Shown one piece after another: positions 10,122-20,270 of a DNA stretch of 64,000 nt. The stretch comes from an uncultured Gemmatimonadales bacterium (GTDB lineage Bacteria; Gemmatimonadota; Gemmatimonadetes; Gemmatimonadales; Gemmatimonadaceae): contig CAWKMU010000003.1 of assembly GCA_963850905.1 (NCBI GenBank), positions 1,984,001 through 2,048,000 of the forward strand. The letters run 5' to 3'. The first letter of the stretch is position 1, and the number at the start of each line of letters is the position of its first letter. Made by a program: the position numbers and the translations under genes. A model generated the notes under the pieces. The model saw nothing but the letters and a program-made list of their open reading frames with translations. It searched no databases and was not told where the DNA came from.

Positions 10122-10883
10122 TCAAATCCCAATCAACTTCGTCAGCCCGAACAGCACGACCGCGATGAGGCCGCCGAGGAGATAACCGGTCCGAATGATT
10201 AGCCGTAGCTCGCGATCGATCACGCCTCGAATCAGCTCTTCGATGCGATCCGGGCTGAAGGCCAGCACTTTGCGCTCGACCATCTCCTGGATGCGGAATC
10301 GCTCGACCAGGGCCGGGATGTGCTGTTCGATCCAGGACCAGATCGCCGGAGCGAGCACGCGCGCCAGGCGCTCGGCCGCGTCGGGGGGAAGCCAGCGTCC
10401 CGGACGCCCGATCGGTTTCTCGAGCGCTTCCACGATCCTGTCGACCGTGCGGTCGGTCAGCACGAGACGAGCGACCATCCGCTCGCGAAAGGGCAAGTCG
10501 TTGACGAAACGCGTCAAGAAATCCTGGATCGCGTGCTCGACGGCGGGGAGAATCTCGGACGGGATGATGGTCGCGAGCGAGCCGTGCTCCGTGTCGAGTG
10601 TGTCGGTCAGCAGGACGGCCAGCTGCCGCTCGAGGGCATCGCGCAGCCCGGAGCGGGCGATTTCCTCCATGAGATCGTGCGGCGTCAGGAGGCGTTCGCC
10701 GACTGTGCGGCCAATGCTCTTCGCGAGGCGCGGCTGGTTCTTGGGGATGGCGCCCTGAAAACCGAACCGCCGCTGCCGCGGTCGAAACAACATCCAGACA
10801 GCGACCGTGTCGGAGAATCCGCCGGCGATCGTACCGATCGCAACCTGCACGGCGAAGTTTATCCAGGGATTCTGTATCGCCAC
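10122..10883 (-). CDS. DUF445-family membrane protein
   Basis: N-terminal GG..D.VAVWMLFRP..FQGAIPK and C-terminal ELRLI...GYLLGGLI. Confidence 0.75.
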   Translation of the reverse strand: MAIQNPWINFAVQVAIGTIAGGFSDTVAVWMLFRPRQRRFGFQGAIPKNQPRLAKSIGRTVGERLLTPHDLMEEIARSGLRDALERQLAVLLTDTLDTEHGSLATIIPSEILPAVEHAIQDFLTRFVNDLPFRERMVARLVLTDRTVDRIVEALEKPIGRPGRWLPPDAAERLARVLAPAIWSWIEQHIPALVERFRIQEMVERKVLAFSPDRIEELIRGVIDRELRLIIRTGYLLGGLIAVVLFGLTKLIGI

Positions 10884-10945
10884 GGGCCCGTTGGCGAAGA
10901 GCGGCGACTGGCGCTATCAGCTGGCGACGCGCGGCCGCTCATTCG

Positions 10946-13486
10946 TTACCGCAGTGTGTCGGCCGGAAGGTTCGGTGCGACGGGGGCAATCGGAGCCGGC
11001 GGCGATCGGACTCCGCCGTTCGGCGAGGGCACGCCAACGGACCCATCCCCCGATGCTGCGGTCGAATCGTCGACAGGCGGATGGTCCGCCAGCACTGCCG
11101 CCGACGAAGCGGCGCCAGCGCCCGCGGCGGGGAGCAGCGCGATCCGGAAGACATCATCCATCGTCCCGACGAACGTGAACACCATGTTCGCCCGGACCTC
11201 GTCGGGCACGTCGCGAAGGTCCTTCTCATTTGACCGAGGGAGGACGACCTCGCGGAGGCCGGCCCGGTACGCTGCGAGGACCTTCTCCTTGACGCCGCCG
11301 ATCTCGAGTGCCTTCCCTCGGAGCGTCACTTCGCCCGTCATCGCGACATCGCGCCGCACGGCGCGGCGGGACAGCGCGCTCGCGATCGCCAGGGTGACGG
11401 CGATGCCGGCACTGGGTCCGTCTTTCGGGACGGCACCGGCAGGGAAGTGGATGTGGAGGTCAGTTTCCTTGAACTCCTTGTCCTCGATGCCCAGCACGCC
11501 GGCCCGCGAGCGCACGTACGAATGCGCGGCATCGACGGATTCGCGCATGACGTCGCCCAGCTGTCCAGTCACGGTGAGCCGTCCGGTACCCGGCATCCGC
11601 AACGCTTCGATCACCATCAAGTCTCCGCCGGTCGCGGTCCATGCCAGACCGGTCACGGCGCCGACTTCGGGCTCCTTCTCCGCTTCCTCGAACGGGTAGC
11701 GCGGCACACCCAGGATCTCCTCGACCCGCGCGAGGTCGATCACCCACGCGCCTTCCTCGCCCTCGGCCTTCTTGCGAGCACGCTTGCGCATGATGGCGGC
11801 CAAGTTGCGCTCGAAGTTTCGGAGCCCCGCCTCGCGCGAGTATCGGCTCGAGATGAAACCAAGGACCTCGTCGGTGAATTGCAGGTCCTTATCGGTGATG
11901 CCGTGCTCCTCGAACAACCGGGGCAGCATGTATCGCCACGCGATCTCGACCTTCTCCTCGACCGTGTAGCCGGCGATGCGAATCACCTCCATGCGGTCGC
12001 GGAGGGGCGCGGGGATGTCGAAGAGATTGTTGGCCGTGCAGATGAAGAGACAGGCCGACAGATCGAAGGGGAGATTCAGGTAGTGGTCGACGAACGAGTT
12101 GTTCTGCGAGGGATCGAGCACTTCCAGCATCGCGGCCGTCGGGTCACCAGACGGCCCGCCGCCCGTCATCTTGTCGATCTCGTCGATCATCAGCACCGGG
12201 TCCTTCACCTGCACTCGCCGCAGCGATTGCAGGATGAGACCGGGCATCGAGCCCACGTAGGTGCGACGGTGGCCGCGGATTTCCGCTTCATCGCGGACGC
12301 CACCTACCGAGATACGATAGAACTCCCGGCCGATCGCGGCGGCGATCGCCTCGCCCAGCGATGTCTTGCCCGTGCCCGGTGGACCGACGAAGCAGAGAAT
12401 GGGGCCGTGCGGATCACCGCCGCGCAGCTTGCGGACGGCGAGAAACTCGAGGATGCGCTCCTTCGCTTCGCGCAACCCGTAGTGGCGGCCATCGAGGGCA
12501 CTCTCGACCTTCGCGAGCGCGATCTCCTCATCGCCCGAGCGCTTGTGCCAGGGCAACGCGAGGATCCAATCGAGATACGTCCGAATGACCTGATACTCGC
12601 TCGACGCTGGCGAGAGCATGCGCATCCGCTCGGTTTCGCGGCGCGCCTCCTGTCCCACTTTTTCCGGCAGATTCGCCTCGTCGATCTTCTTGAGCGTGTC
12701 GATCGTCTCCTTCTCGCCGGGGTCGGTTTCACCGAGCTCCGTCTGGATGGCTCGCAGCTGCTGGCGGAGATAGAACTCGCGCTGATGCTGCTCGATCTTG
12801 ATTTCCGTCTGCCGCTTGACGTCCTCCATGACACGCGCGCGGGCGACTTCGCGCTCGAGCCGCGTGAGGATGAACCGCAGCCGCTGTCCGACGTCGAGCC
12901 GCTGCAGCACCTCGTCCTTGTCGGAGATGCGGAAGTTCATGTTGGTGGATGCGAGATCGGCAAAGCGTCCCGGGTCGGACACGTTCATCTTGAGGATGGC
13001 GGGGACCTCGTCCGGAATGCGGTCGATGAGGTCCGCCAGCGTCTCGGCGGCGGACGCGACGCGCGTCACGAGCTCCTCGATCTCCTTCGGGTCCGAGATC
13101 GTTTCCTTGGCGGGCTTGACGGCCGCGACGACGAAGGGCTGGGTCTGTCGGATCTCGTCGACGACGATCCGCCGCAGGCCTTGCAGCGTGATCTGCACGG
13201 TGTCGCCCGGCAGGTTGATGCGCTCATGCACGCGGGCCGCTACGCCGACCCGCCCGATGAACTGCTTGGCGTCGATCGGCTCATCGTGATCCCCACTCGC
13301 GACGACGAGCGCCACGATGAGGCCCGGCTCCTCGTTGGCCCGCAGCAGCGCGAGATTCTCCGGCGCCCCCATCTGCACGGCGATGGTGCCCAGCGGATAG
13401 ACGATGGTCGACCGCAGCGCCATGAGCGGTAGCGCGGGCGGCAACTCGGACTTGAGGATCTCTTCTTTCCGCTGCGGTCGGGGCAT
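10946..13486 (-). CDS. lon: Lon protease
   Basis: LON-N, ILCFVGPPGTGKTS, IRGHRRTYVG, DEIDK, GLAWT, PKDGPSAG (catalytic Ser), IGGVKEK. Confidence 0.95.
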   Translation of the reverse strand: MPRPQRKEEILKSELPPALPLMALRSTIVYPLGTIAVQMGAPENLALLRANEEPGLIVALVVASGDHDEPIDAKQFIGRVGVAARVHERINLPGDTVQITLQGLRRIVVDEIRQTQPFVVAAVKPAKETISDPKEIEELVTRVASAAETLADLIDRIPDEVPAILKMNVSDPGRFADLASTNMNFRISDKDEVLQRLDVGQRLRFILTRLEREVARARVMEDVKRQTEIKIEQHQREFYLRQQLRAIQTELGETDPGEKETIDTLKKIDEANLPEKVGQEARRETERMRMLSPASSEYQVIRTYLDWILALPWHKRSGDEEIALAKVESALDGRHYGLREAKERILEFLAVRKLRGGDPHGPILCFVGPPGTGKTSLGEAIAAAIGREFYRISVGGVRDEAEIRGHRRTYVGSMPGLILQSLRRVQVKDPVLMIDEIDKMTGGGPSGDPTAAMLEVLDPSQNNSFVDHYLNLPFDLSACLFICTANNLFDIPAPLRDRMEVIRIAGYTVEEKVEIAWRYMLPRLFEEHGITDKDLQFTDEVLGFISSRYSREAGLRNFERNLAAIMRKRARKKAEGEEGAWVIDLARVEEILGVPRYPFEEAEKEPEVGAVTGLAWTATGGDLMVIEALRMPGTGRLTVTGQLGDVMRESVDAAHSYVRSRAGVLGIEDKEFKETDLHIHFPAGAVPKDGPSAGIAVTLAIASALSRRAVRRDVAMTGEVTLRGKALEIGGVKEKVLAAYRAGLREVVLPRSNEKDLRDVPDEVRANMVFTFVGTMDDVFRIALLPAAGAGAASSAAVLADHPPVDDSTAASGDGSVGVPSPNGGVRSPPAPIAPVAPNLPADTLR

Positions 13487-13524
13487 GGGGGGCGGTGAAG
13501 GCTGTGGGGAAGAGACGAAAAGAC

Positions 13525-13631
13525 GGGGTCAGGGATCAGGGGTCAGGGACAAACTGCGAAGCCATTCACGCTCGCGGGGATTCGCGTTCGCCGTTGGTTC
13601 CCTAACCCCTGATCCCCGACCCCTGATCCCT
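13525..13631. repeat. Inverted GGGGTCA/GGGATCA heptamer arrays
   Basis: ggggtcagggatcaggggtcaggga (13525-13549) and complementary tccctaacccctgatccccgacccctgatccc (13599-13630). Confidence 0.75.
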
Positions 13632-13678
13632 ATCTTCTTCCTTGTCGCAAATCATAATCTGGTCTACGTTTAAAGGCT

Positions 13679-15019
13679 ATGTTCGATGAGCTGAGCGAGA
13701 AGCTCGAAGCCACGTTTGCGCGGCTGCGCGGCCGAGGCGTCCTGACGCCGGCCGATATCAAGGAGGGCCTGCGCGAAGTGCGTCGGGTCCTCCTCGAGGC
13801 CGATGTCAACTTTCAATTGACGCGCGAGTTCCTCGAGCGTGTCGAGAAGGCCGCGGGGGGCGTCAACGCCCTCCGGTCCGTTTCGCCGGCGCAGCAGCTG
13901 GTCAAGATCGTCCACGATGAGCTCGTGGCGATGCTGGGCGAGCGCCGCGAGGGATTGCGTCTCAGCTCGGTACCGCCGACGGTTGTCATGCTCGTGGGGT
14001 TGCAGGGGTCTGGCAAGACGACCACGGCTGCGAAGCTCGCGCGCAAGCTCGCCGCCGAAGGCCGGCCGACGCGGCTGATTGCAGCGGACGTGTATCGTCC
14101 CGCCGCGATCGATCAGCTGGAGACGCTGGGTGCGGAGCTGGACATTCCAGTCTACGCCGACCGCGGCACGCAGGACGTCGTGCGCATCGCGAAGCACGGG
14201 ATCGAGCAGTCTCGCAAGGCTCGGGACCGAGTCACCATCATCGACACGGCAGGCCGGCTGCAGATCGATGAGGAGATGATGCGTGAGCTCGCACATCTCA
14301 AGGACGCCGTCCATCCGGACGAGATCCTCCTCGTCGCCGACGGGATGACCGGACAGGATGCCGTGCGCATCGCGCAGGGCTTCGATCAGGCCCTGGGCGT
14401 GACGGGAGTGATTCTCACGAAGATGGATGGCGATGCGCGGGGTGGCGCGGCGCTCTCGATCTACGGCGTGCTGAAGAAGCCGATCAAGTACATCGGTGTC
14501 GGTGAGAAGTCCGATGCGCTGGAGGATTTCCACCCGGACCGGCTCGCGAGTCGGATCCTCCAAATGGGTGACGTGCTCACGCTCGTCGAGAAGGCGCAAT
14601 CCGCGTTCGATGAGGAAGAAGCGCGCAAGCTGGAAAAGAAAGTGCGCAAGGAGGGCCTCGACCTGCAGGACTTTCTGTCTGCGATGCGGCAGATGCAGAA
14701 ACTGGGTCCGCTCGAGGGCGTGCTCAAGATGTTGCCGGGTGTGAATGCGAAGATGTTGAAGCAGGCGAATCTCGACCCCAAACGACTGAAGCATCTCGAG
14801 GCGATCGTGCTGTCGATGACGCCGGAGGAGCGGGCCAATCCGTCCCTGATCAACGGCTCGCGGCGCGCCCGGGTGGCCAAGGGCGCGGGGCGGCCCATCA
14901 GCGAGGTCAATCGTTTGCTCGAGCAGTTCCGCGACATGCAGCGGATGATGAAGAAGGCCGGTAGTGGTGGCATGCGCGGCATGCGCGGTCTGCCGCCCGG
15001 CATGATGGGAATGCGATAG
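13679..15019 (+). CDS. ffh: Signal recognition particle protein Ffh
   Basis: LLEADVN, GLQGSGKTT, DTAGRLQ, TKMDGDARGGAALS, RILQMGD, SMTPEER. Confidence 0.97.
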   Translation: MFDELSEKLEATFARLRGRGVLTPADIKEGLREVRRVLLEADVNFQLTREFLERVEKAAGGVNALRSVSPAQQLVKIVHDELVAMLGERREGLRLSSVPPTVVMLVGLQGSGKTTTAAKLARKLAAEGRPTRLIAADVYRPAAIDQLETLGAELDIPVYADRGTQDVVRIAKHGIEQSRKARDRVTIIDTAGRLQIDEEMMRELAHLKDAVHPDEILLVADGMTGQDAVRIAQGFDQALGVTGVILTKMDGDARGGAALSIYGVLKKPIKYIGVGEKSDALEDFHPDRLASRILQMGDVLTLVEKAQSAFDEEEARKLEKKVRKEGLDLQDFLSAMRQMQKLGPLEGVLKMLPGVNAKMLKQANLDPKRLKHLEAIVLSMTPEERANPSLINGSRRARVAKGAGRPISEVNRLLEQFRDMQRMMKKAGSGGMRGMRGLPPGMMGMR

Positions 15020-15114
15020 GGCGGTTTCCAGGCGCGACCCGGAGAGACCGGAATACGCGAGGAGCCTGGGTGTACCCGGCGCGTGCACGCACGCGCGATC
15101 AAGGAGATTGAACA

Positions 15115-15465
15115 ATGGTTCGGATTCGTTTACGCCGTGTTGGTCGGAAGAACGCCCCCGTGTTTCGGATCGTGGTCGCGGATTCCGAGAGTCCGCGCGA
15201 TGGGCGGTTCATCGAGGTGATCGGGCAGTACGCGCCGAGGGAAGCGGCAGCCGACGGGAGCAAGAAAGGCCGCCTTTCGCTGCAGGTGGATCGTGCCAAC
15301 CATTGGCTTGATGTCGGGGCGCAGCCCAGCGACACCGTTCGGTCGCTGCTCCGGCGGGCGGGTCTCCTGACGGCACGCCACGAGACACGCATTGGCCGCC
15401 AGCGGGCCGCGACGGCCGTGCCGCTGGGCGACGAGGCGGGCGGGAGCGCCGCAGCCGAGCGTTGA
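15115..15465 (+). CDS. rpsP: 30S ribosomal protein S16
   Basis: MVRIRLRRVG...FRIVVADS..PRDGRFIE...GAQPSDTV; RBS aaggag upstream. Confidence 0.96.
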   Translation: MVRIRLRRVGRKNAPVFRIVVADSESPRDGRFIEVIGQYAPREAAADGSKKGRLSLQVDRANHWLDVGAQPSDTVRSLLRRAGLLTARHETRIGRQRAATAVPLGDEAGGSAAAER

Positions 15466-15466
15466 C

Positions 15467-16021
15467 GTGTCGGTGCCCGCGCACCTGATCGTTGGGCGCG
15501 TCCGTCGGGCACACGGGATCAGAGGCGAGGTGGTGGTCGAGGCGCTGACGGACGACGCGGAGGTGTGCTTCGCGGTCGGTGGGCGGCTCCTCGTTGGTAC
15601 GATGACTGGCGAGCTGCCACCTCCTGATGCACCTGGGCCGCGCGAGCTGACGATCCGCCGCGCGGCTCCGTTCAAGGGCGCATGGATCCTGCGCTTTGCG
15701 GAGATCGCTGATCGCAGCGCGGCGGAGCAGTGGCGCGACCGCTACCTGCTCGTGCCCGCAGACGAAGTCGCTCCGCCCTCCGCCGATCAGATCTTCTTCC
15801 ATGACCTCATCGGTATGCGCGTGGAGCGCCCCGACGGACGCGAAGTCGGCCATATCGCGGCGCTGTACGACCTGCCGCAGGGTGTGCTCCTCGACATCCA
15901 GACCCCGCGAGGCGGCACGATGCTGCCGTATGGCCCGCCAATGGTCGTGCGAGTCGATCTGGAACGCAGAACGGTGATCGTGGACCCACCCGCCGGACTG
16001 CTGGACGACGACGAATCCTAG
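15467..16021 (+). CDS. rimM: Ribosome maturation factor RimM
   Basis: VGRVRRAHGIRGEV, FFHDLIGMRV, PAGLL; conserved rpsP-rimM-trmD-rplS order. Confidence 0.9.
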   Translation: MSVPAHLIVGRVRRAHGIRGEVVVEALTDDAEVCFAVGGRLLVGTMTGELPPPDAPGPRELTIRRAAPFKGAWILRFAEIADRSAAEQWRDRYLLVPADEVAPPSADQIFFHDLIGMRVERPDGREVGHIAALYDLPQGVLLDIQTPRGGTMLPYGPPMVVRVDLERRTVIVDPPAGLLDDDES

Positions 16022-16031
16022 GGGGTCCCCC

Positions 16032-16739
16032 GTGCTGCGCATCACGGTCGTCACCATCTTCCCTGAGTTCTTTCACGGACCGCTCGCGGTCAGTATTCCC
16101 GCGCGAGCCGCAGCTGCCGGCGCGGTCAGCTATCGGATCGTGGACCTGCGGGAGTACACACACGACCGCCATCGCACGGTCGACGACTCCCCCTACGGGG
16201 GTGGGTCGGGGATGGTGATGAAGCCGGCGCCGTTCTTCGAAGCGATCGATGCGCTGGGGGCCGGGCCGCCCGTCGTGCTCCTCTCGGCCCGGGGGGAGCA
16301 CTTCGCTCACGCGGATGCGGTGCGTTATGCCTCGGCCGAGGAACTGACTCTGCTCTGCGGTCACTACAAGGACGTGGACCAGCGGGTCGCCGACTTTCTC
16401 GCGACGGAAGAACGGTCGATCGGGGACGTTGTCCTGAGCGGCGGCGAACCGGCGGCACTCGCCGTGATCGACGCCACGGTGCGTCTGCTCCCCGGTGCGA
16501 TCTCCGATCCCGAAAGCGCGCGCGGCGACTCGTTCTACGAGCGGGGGCTGAGCGCCCCGAGCTACACACGGCCCCCGGAGTACCGCGGGCATAGGGTGCC
16601 GGAGGTGCTGCTATCGGGCGATCACCAGCGGATTGCGGAGTGGCGAAGGGCTGAAGGTGAGAAACGGGACGCTGAACGACTGAGGGGTAGGGCAGAAATG
16701 CGGGGTCAAGGGCCAGGGGCCAGGGGCCAGGGGAGCTAA
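16032..16739 (+). CDS. trmD: tRNA (guanine-N1)-methyltransferase TrmD
   Basis: TIFPE, VDDSPYGGGSGMVM, LCGHYKDVDQR, SIGDVVLSGGE, YTRPP, VPEVLLSGDH. Confidence 0.95.
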   Translation: MLRITVVTIFPEFFHGPLAVSIPARAAAAGAVSYRIVDLREYTHDRHRTVDDSPYGGGSGMVMKPAPFFEAIDALGAGPPVVLLSARGEHFAHADAVRYASAEELTLLCGHYKDVDQRVADFLATEERSIGDVVLSGGEPAALAVIDATVRLLPGAISDPESARGDSFYERGLSAPSYTRPPEYRGHRVPEVLLSGDHQRIAEWRRAEGEKRDAERLRGRAEMRGQGPGARGQGS

Positions 16740-16826
16740 CCACCACGGCCAGTCGCGTCGCGTTGGACGGTGACGTTTGTTCCCTGGCCCCCGATCCCCG
16801 ATCCCCGATCCCCGACCCCTGACCCG
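16702..16826. repeat. Inverted GGGGCCA/GGGGTCA heptamer arrays overlapping the trmD 3' end
   Basis: ggggtcaagggccaggggccaggggccagggg (from 16702) and tccctggcccccgatccccgatccccgatccccgacccctgacc (from 16781). Confidence 0.75.
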
Positions 16827-16905
16827 CAGTTCGCCGTTTCCCTGTCATCTCGCGTCTCGCCTCGCTAAATTCTTCAGTCTGTCGTCTATCACCAGAGAGC
16901 ATCCT

Positions 16906-17283
16906 ATGCACGAATTCAGCGAGACTGAGAAGACGTGGTTGCGCGCTGACATCCCCGTGTTTCGCGCGGGAGACACGTTGCGCGTGAACGTGCGCGTCGT
17001 TGAGGGAGAGAAGGAGCGGCTGCAGGCGTTCGAGGGCGTGTGCATTGCGCGGCGCGGCGGGGGCGTGAGCGAGACGTTCACGGTGCGCAAGGTCTCCAAC
17101 GGCGTCGGCGTCGAGCGGATCTTCCCCGTGCATAGCCCCATGATCGGTGAGATCACGGTAGTCCGGCGCGGTCGAGTCCGTCGGGCCAAGTTGTACTATC
17201 TCCGCCACCTGACCGGAAAGGCGACTCGCATCCGGGAGAAGAAGACCAAGGTCACCGTCCCGACCACCGGGACCCCGGAGTGA
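16906..17283 (+). CDS. rplS: 50S ribosomal protein L19
   Basis: [46 protein letters not shown]. Confidence 0.96.
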   Translation: MHEFSETEKTWLRADIPVFRAGDTLRVNVRVVEGEKERLQAFEGVCIARRGGGVSETFTVRKVSNGVGVERIFPVHSPMIGEITVVRRGRVRRAKLYYLRHLTGKATRIREKKTKVTVPTTGTPE

Positions 17284-17315
17284 TCGCCCGCTAGGCGCAG
17301 CGACCACGACGGCGC

Positions 17316-18197
17316 GTGGGAGCGGGTACGTCCTCCCACATTGACGAGCCGAGCGGCGACGAACGGAAGCCGAGCCCCCGCGCTGAGCGGGATCGGTCGC
17401 CTGGGCGACCTGTCAAAGTGCGTCGCTGGAGCGGGATCGAGCGCCAGTTGCGGCAGGAGTACGGGCCGCTGTTGGCCGGCGTCGATGAAGTGGGGCGGGG
17501 TCCGCTGGCCGGCCCCGTCGTGGCCTGCGCGGTGGTCATGCCGCCTGACGCGCGAGCAATTCGGGGCGTCGACGATTCGAAACAGCTGACCAGAGCACAG
17601 CGCGAGCGATTGGCGTGCGTGATTCGCGCGCGAGCGCTGGCCGTGGGCCTCGGCGCGGCGTCCCGCCGGGAGATCGATCGGCTCAACGTCTTTCAGGCGA
17701 CGGTGCTCGCGATGCGACGCGCGCTCTCGCGCCTGGCGGTGACGCCGCATCACGTCGTCGTCGACGGCCTGCCGCTGCGGACCTTGGGCGTCGCGCATCG
17801 CTCGGTCGTCGGGGGCGACGCGCGATGCTACTCGATCGCCTGCGCGTCCATCGTGGCCAAGGTCACACGGGACCGCGTGATGCGTGCGCTGGGATCGCGC
17901 CACCCGGAGTATCACTGGTCGCACAACGTCGGCTACGCCACGCCCGCGCACCTGGCGGGGATCGATCGGCACGGGATCTCGGCGCACCACCGCCGGCGGT
18001 TCTGGCGGGTCGCCCAGACGATGCTCGCCCTGGGGGACGCGGTGGTCGACCTCGCGACGGAGGTGGACGCGGAGGTCGCGCTGGCCGACGCCGCGCTCGC
18101 GGACGGCGCGCTCGACGACGGTCTGCTCACCGACTCGAGCGTCCTCGAGATCGAGGACGAGGGAGACGGCTCGCGCGAGGTCGTTGCCGGTGCCTGA
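17316..18197 (+). CDS. rnhB: Ribonuclease HII with acidic C-terminal tail (start may be GTG ~17418)
   Basis: AGVDEVGRGPLAGPVVA, DDSKQL, VVDG, SIACASIVAKVTRD, NVGYAT. Confidence 0.92.
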   Translation: MGAGTSSHIDEPSGDERKPSPRAERDRSPGRPVKVRRWSGIERQLRQEYGPLLAGVDEVGRGPLAGPVVACAVVMPPDARAIRGVDDSKQLTRAQRERLACVIRARALAVGLGAASRREIDRLNVFQATVLAMRRALSRLAVTPHHVVVDGLPLRTLGVAHRSVVGGDARCYSIACASIVAKVTRDRVMRALGSRHPEYHWSHNVGYATPAHLAGIDRHGISAHHRRRFWRVAQTMLALGDAVVDLATEVDAEVALADAALADGALDDGLLTDSSVLEIEDEGDGSREVVAGA

Positions 18198-19146
18198 CCA
18201 GGATGCTGCTGGCGGTGCCGGCGCTGCGTCAGCGGCACGCGCGGCCGAGGAAAGTCCCACTTCGGTGTTCCGACCGGGCCTGTTGGCGGGGCACGTCGCC
18301 CTCATCACCGGTGGCGGAAGCGGCATCGGATTTGGCATCAGCGAGCTGCTGGCTGCGCTGGGCGCGCATGTCGTCCTGGCGAGCCGGAAACAGGAGAACC
18401 TGGAAGCTGCGGCGGGGCGGATTCGCGCCCGAGGAGGTCAGGCGAGTGTCGTGGCGGTCGACGTGCGAGACGCCGATGCGGTGAAGCGCATGGTGGCGCA
18501 GGTCGCGGACGCGCGCGGACGCATCGACGCCCTCATCAACTGCGCGGCCGGGAACTTCTACGCGCCGTCGGCGACGTTGAGCGTCAACGCTTGGCGATCC
18601 GTCGTCGAGATCGATTTGTACGGCACGTTCTTCGTCTCGCAGGCCGTGGCCCCCGTCATGCGCGAGCAGGGAGGGGGACGGATCATCAACATCTCCATGA
18701 CGCTGCACTACCGCGGGTGGCCGCAGATGGCGCACGCGACCGCCGCGAAAGCCGGCATCGATGCGCTGACGCGGACCCTCGCCGTCGAATGGGCGCCCTG
18801 GGGGATTCGCGTCAACGCGATCGCCCCGGGGCCCATCCCGACGGAGGGCGTGCGCAAGGCGTTCGCGTTGCAGCGCGGGCCGTTGCCCCGCGGCAGTGGA
18901 GCGGACGTGCCACCCGGGGGCGGTGGCGAGTCGCCGACAGCGGCGACCGGTCCTGCCGACGTGTTTGTGCTGGACGCCGCGCTCGCGGATTACGCGAAGC
19001 GCGCGATTCCGGCCGGCCGGTGGGGCACGCCGCGCGACATTGCGAACATGGTGGCCTTCCTCGCGTCGTCCGCGGGCGACTGGATCACAGGCGCGATTCT
19101 TGTTGTTGATGGCGGCGAGTGGCTGCAGCGCACCCCGATCGGCTGA
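18190..19146 (+). CDS. SDR oxidoreductase, 2,4-dienoyl-CoA reductase-like
   Basis: ITGGGSGIG, INCAAGNF, HATAAKAG, RVNAIAPGPI, VVDGGEWL. Confidence 0.85.
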   Translation: MPDQDAAGGAGAASAARAAEESPTSVFRPGLLAGHVALITGGGSGIGFGISELLAALGAHVVLASRKQENLEAAAGRIRARGGQASVVAVDVRDADAVKRMVAQVADARGRIDALINCAAGNFYAPSATLSVNAWRSVVEIDLYGTFFVSQAVAPVMREQGGGRIINISMTLHYRGWPQMAHATAAKAGIDALTRTLAVEWAPWGIRVNAIAPGPIPTEGVRKAFALQRGPLPRGSGADVPPGGGGESPTAATGPADVFVLDAALADYAKRAIPAGRWGTPRDIANMVAFLASSAGDWITGAILVVDGGEWLQRTPIG

Positions 19147-19153
19147 TGGCCGT

Positions 19154-19261
19154 GGTGATGTAGGTCACAATTGAGCGTGATGTGAATGCTTTCGCGCGGG
19201 GGCGCGAGGCTGCGCATCACAAAGTTCTCAAAAAATCCTGCCGGATGTGACACGCGTCACA
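19154..19261. promoter_or_regulatory. Two CRP/FNR-family-like boxes upstream of the OmpA-family gene
   Basis: GGTGA-tgtagg-TCACA (19154-19169) and perfect TGTGA-cacgcg-TCACA (19246-19261), plus extra TGTGA/TCACA half-sites nearby. Confidence 0.55.
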
Positions 19262-19377
19262 ACCGGGAATGTGATGGTTGGTGTACATTTTGTACTTGTG
19301 ACCGGTTAAGGTTGCGCAACAGCTATCACAATGCGCGGTTGGGTCGTCACGGTGTAACACGAGGGGGAGATTTCACT

Positions 19378-20076
19378 ATGGGTATCTCGGTCAAGCAGGT
19401 CGTCGTCCTCGGGCTCGCGGCGCCGCTCATGGCAGCGTGCGTCAAAACCAGCACCTACCACAAGGATCTCGCGCAGACTCGCGCACAGCTGGCGTCGGAG
19501 CAGCAGGCCCGTGCCGCCGCCGACAGTGCGCAGAACGCCGACATCTCGGGCGTGAAGACGGACGTGCAGGGATTGAAGACGGACGTGCAAGGGCTGCACA
19601 ACGATCTGCAGAACCTCCGCACGGAGTTCGGCGCGAAGATCACGGCGCTCGAGTCCGCGATCCAGTTCGATGTACCGGTGAACTTCGCGTTCAATGACGC
19701 GACGGTGCGGGACCAGGATCGCGCCGCACTCGACCGGTTCGCGGGTGTCGTCGAGAAGTACTATCCGAACTCGAAGATCACGATCGAGGGCTTCGCGGAT
19801 CCAGCGGGCACGATGCACTACAATCGTGTGTTGTCGGAACGCCGCGCGACGTCCGTACGCGACTATCTCGTGACCAAGGGTGTCGCCACGAACGACCTCA
19901 AGACGATCGGCTACGGGAAGACGCGGCTCGTCGTTCCCAACGCGTCGCGCGACGATCCGGGCGCGGAGCAGAATCGTCGTGTCACTTTCGTGATCGAGAC
20001 CAGGAGCGACAACGCGGCCACCGCGGGCAACCCGACCGCGAGCGTCACGACGTCGGCCCCGGCGGCTGGGCAATAA
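19378..20076 (+). CDS. OmpA/Pal-family peptidoglycan-binding lipoprotein with coiled-coil linker
   Basis: Lipobox LMAAC, heptads KTDVQGL x2, IEGFAD, YNRVLSERRA, GYGK, NRRV. Confidence 0.88.
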   Translation: MGISVKQVVVLGLAAPLMAACVKTSTYHKDLAQTRAQLASEQQARAAADSAQNADISGVKTDVQGLKTDVQGLHNDLQNLRTEFGAKITALESAIQFDVPVNFAFNDATVRDQDRAALDRFAGVVEKYYPNSKITIEGFADPAGTMHYNRVLSERRATSVRDYLVTKGVATNDLKTIGYGKTRLVVPNASRDDPGAEQNRRVTFVIETRSDNAATAGNPTASVTTSAPAAGQ

Positions 20077-20094
20077 CTCGCCTGCGGCTCGTTA

Positions 20095-20249
20095 TAGAGA
20101 GTAGACGGACAGAAAGTAGAAAGTAGACGAACGACAACAGGGGCGGCCAACCAGGCCGCCCCTGTTCCATTCTGGGACGGGATGCCCCAGGCTGGGTGGC
20201 ACTGAGCACCGCTCGCGTCTACTTTCTACTTTCAGAAGTTCTACTTTCT
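20095..20249. repeat. Inverted AGAAAGT heptamer element enclosing a terminator-like hairpin
   Basis: tagagagtagacggacagaaagtagaaagtagac (from 20095) vs gtctactttctactttcagaagttctactttct (to 20249); internal stem aacaggggcggcc/ggccgcccctgtt (20136-20166). Confidence 0.7.
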
Positions 20250-20270
20250 CGGGCGCCGAAAGGCGCCCGC

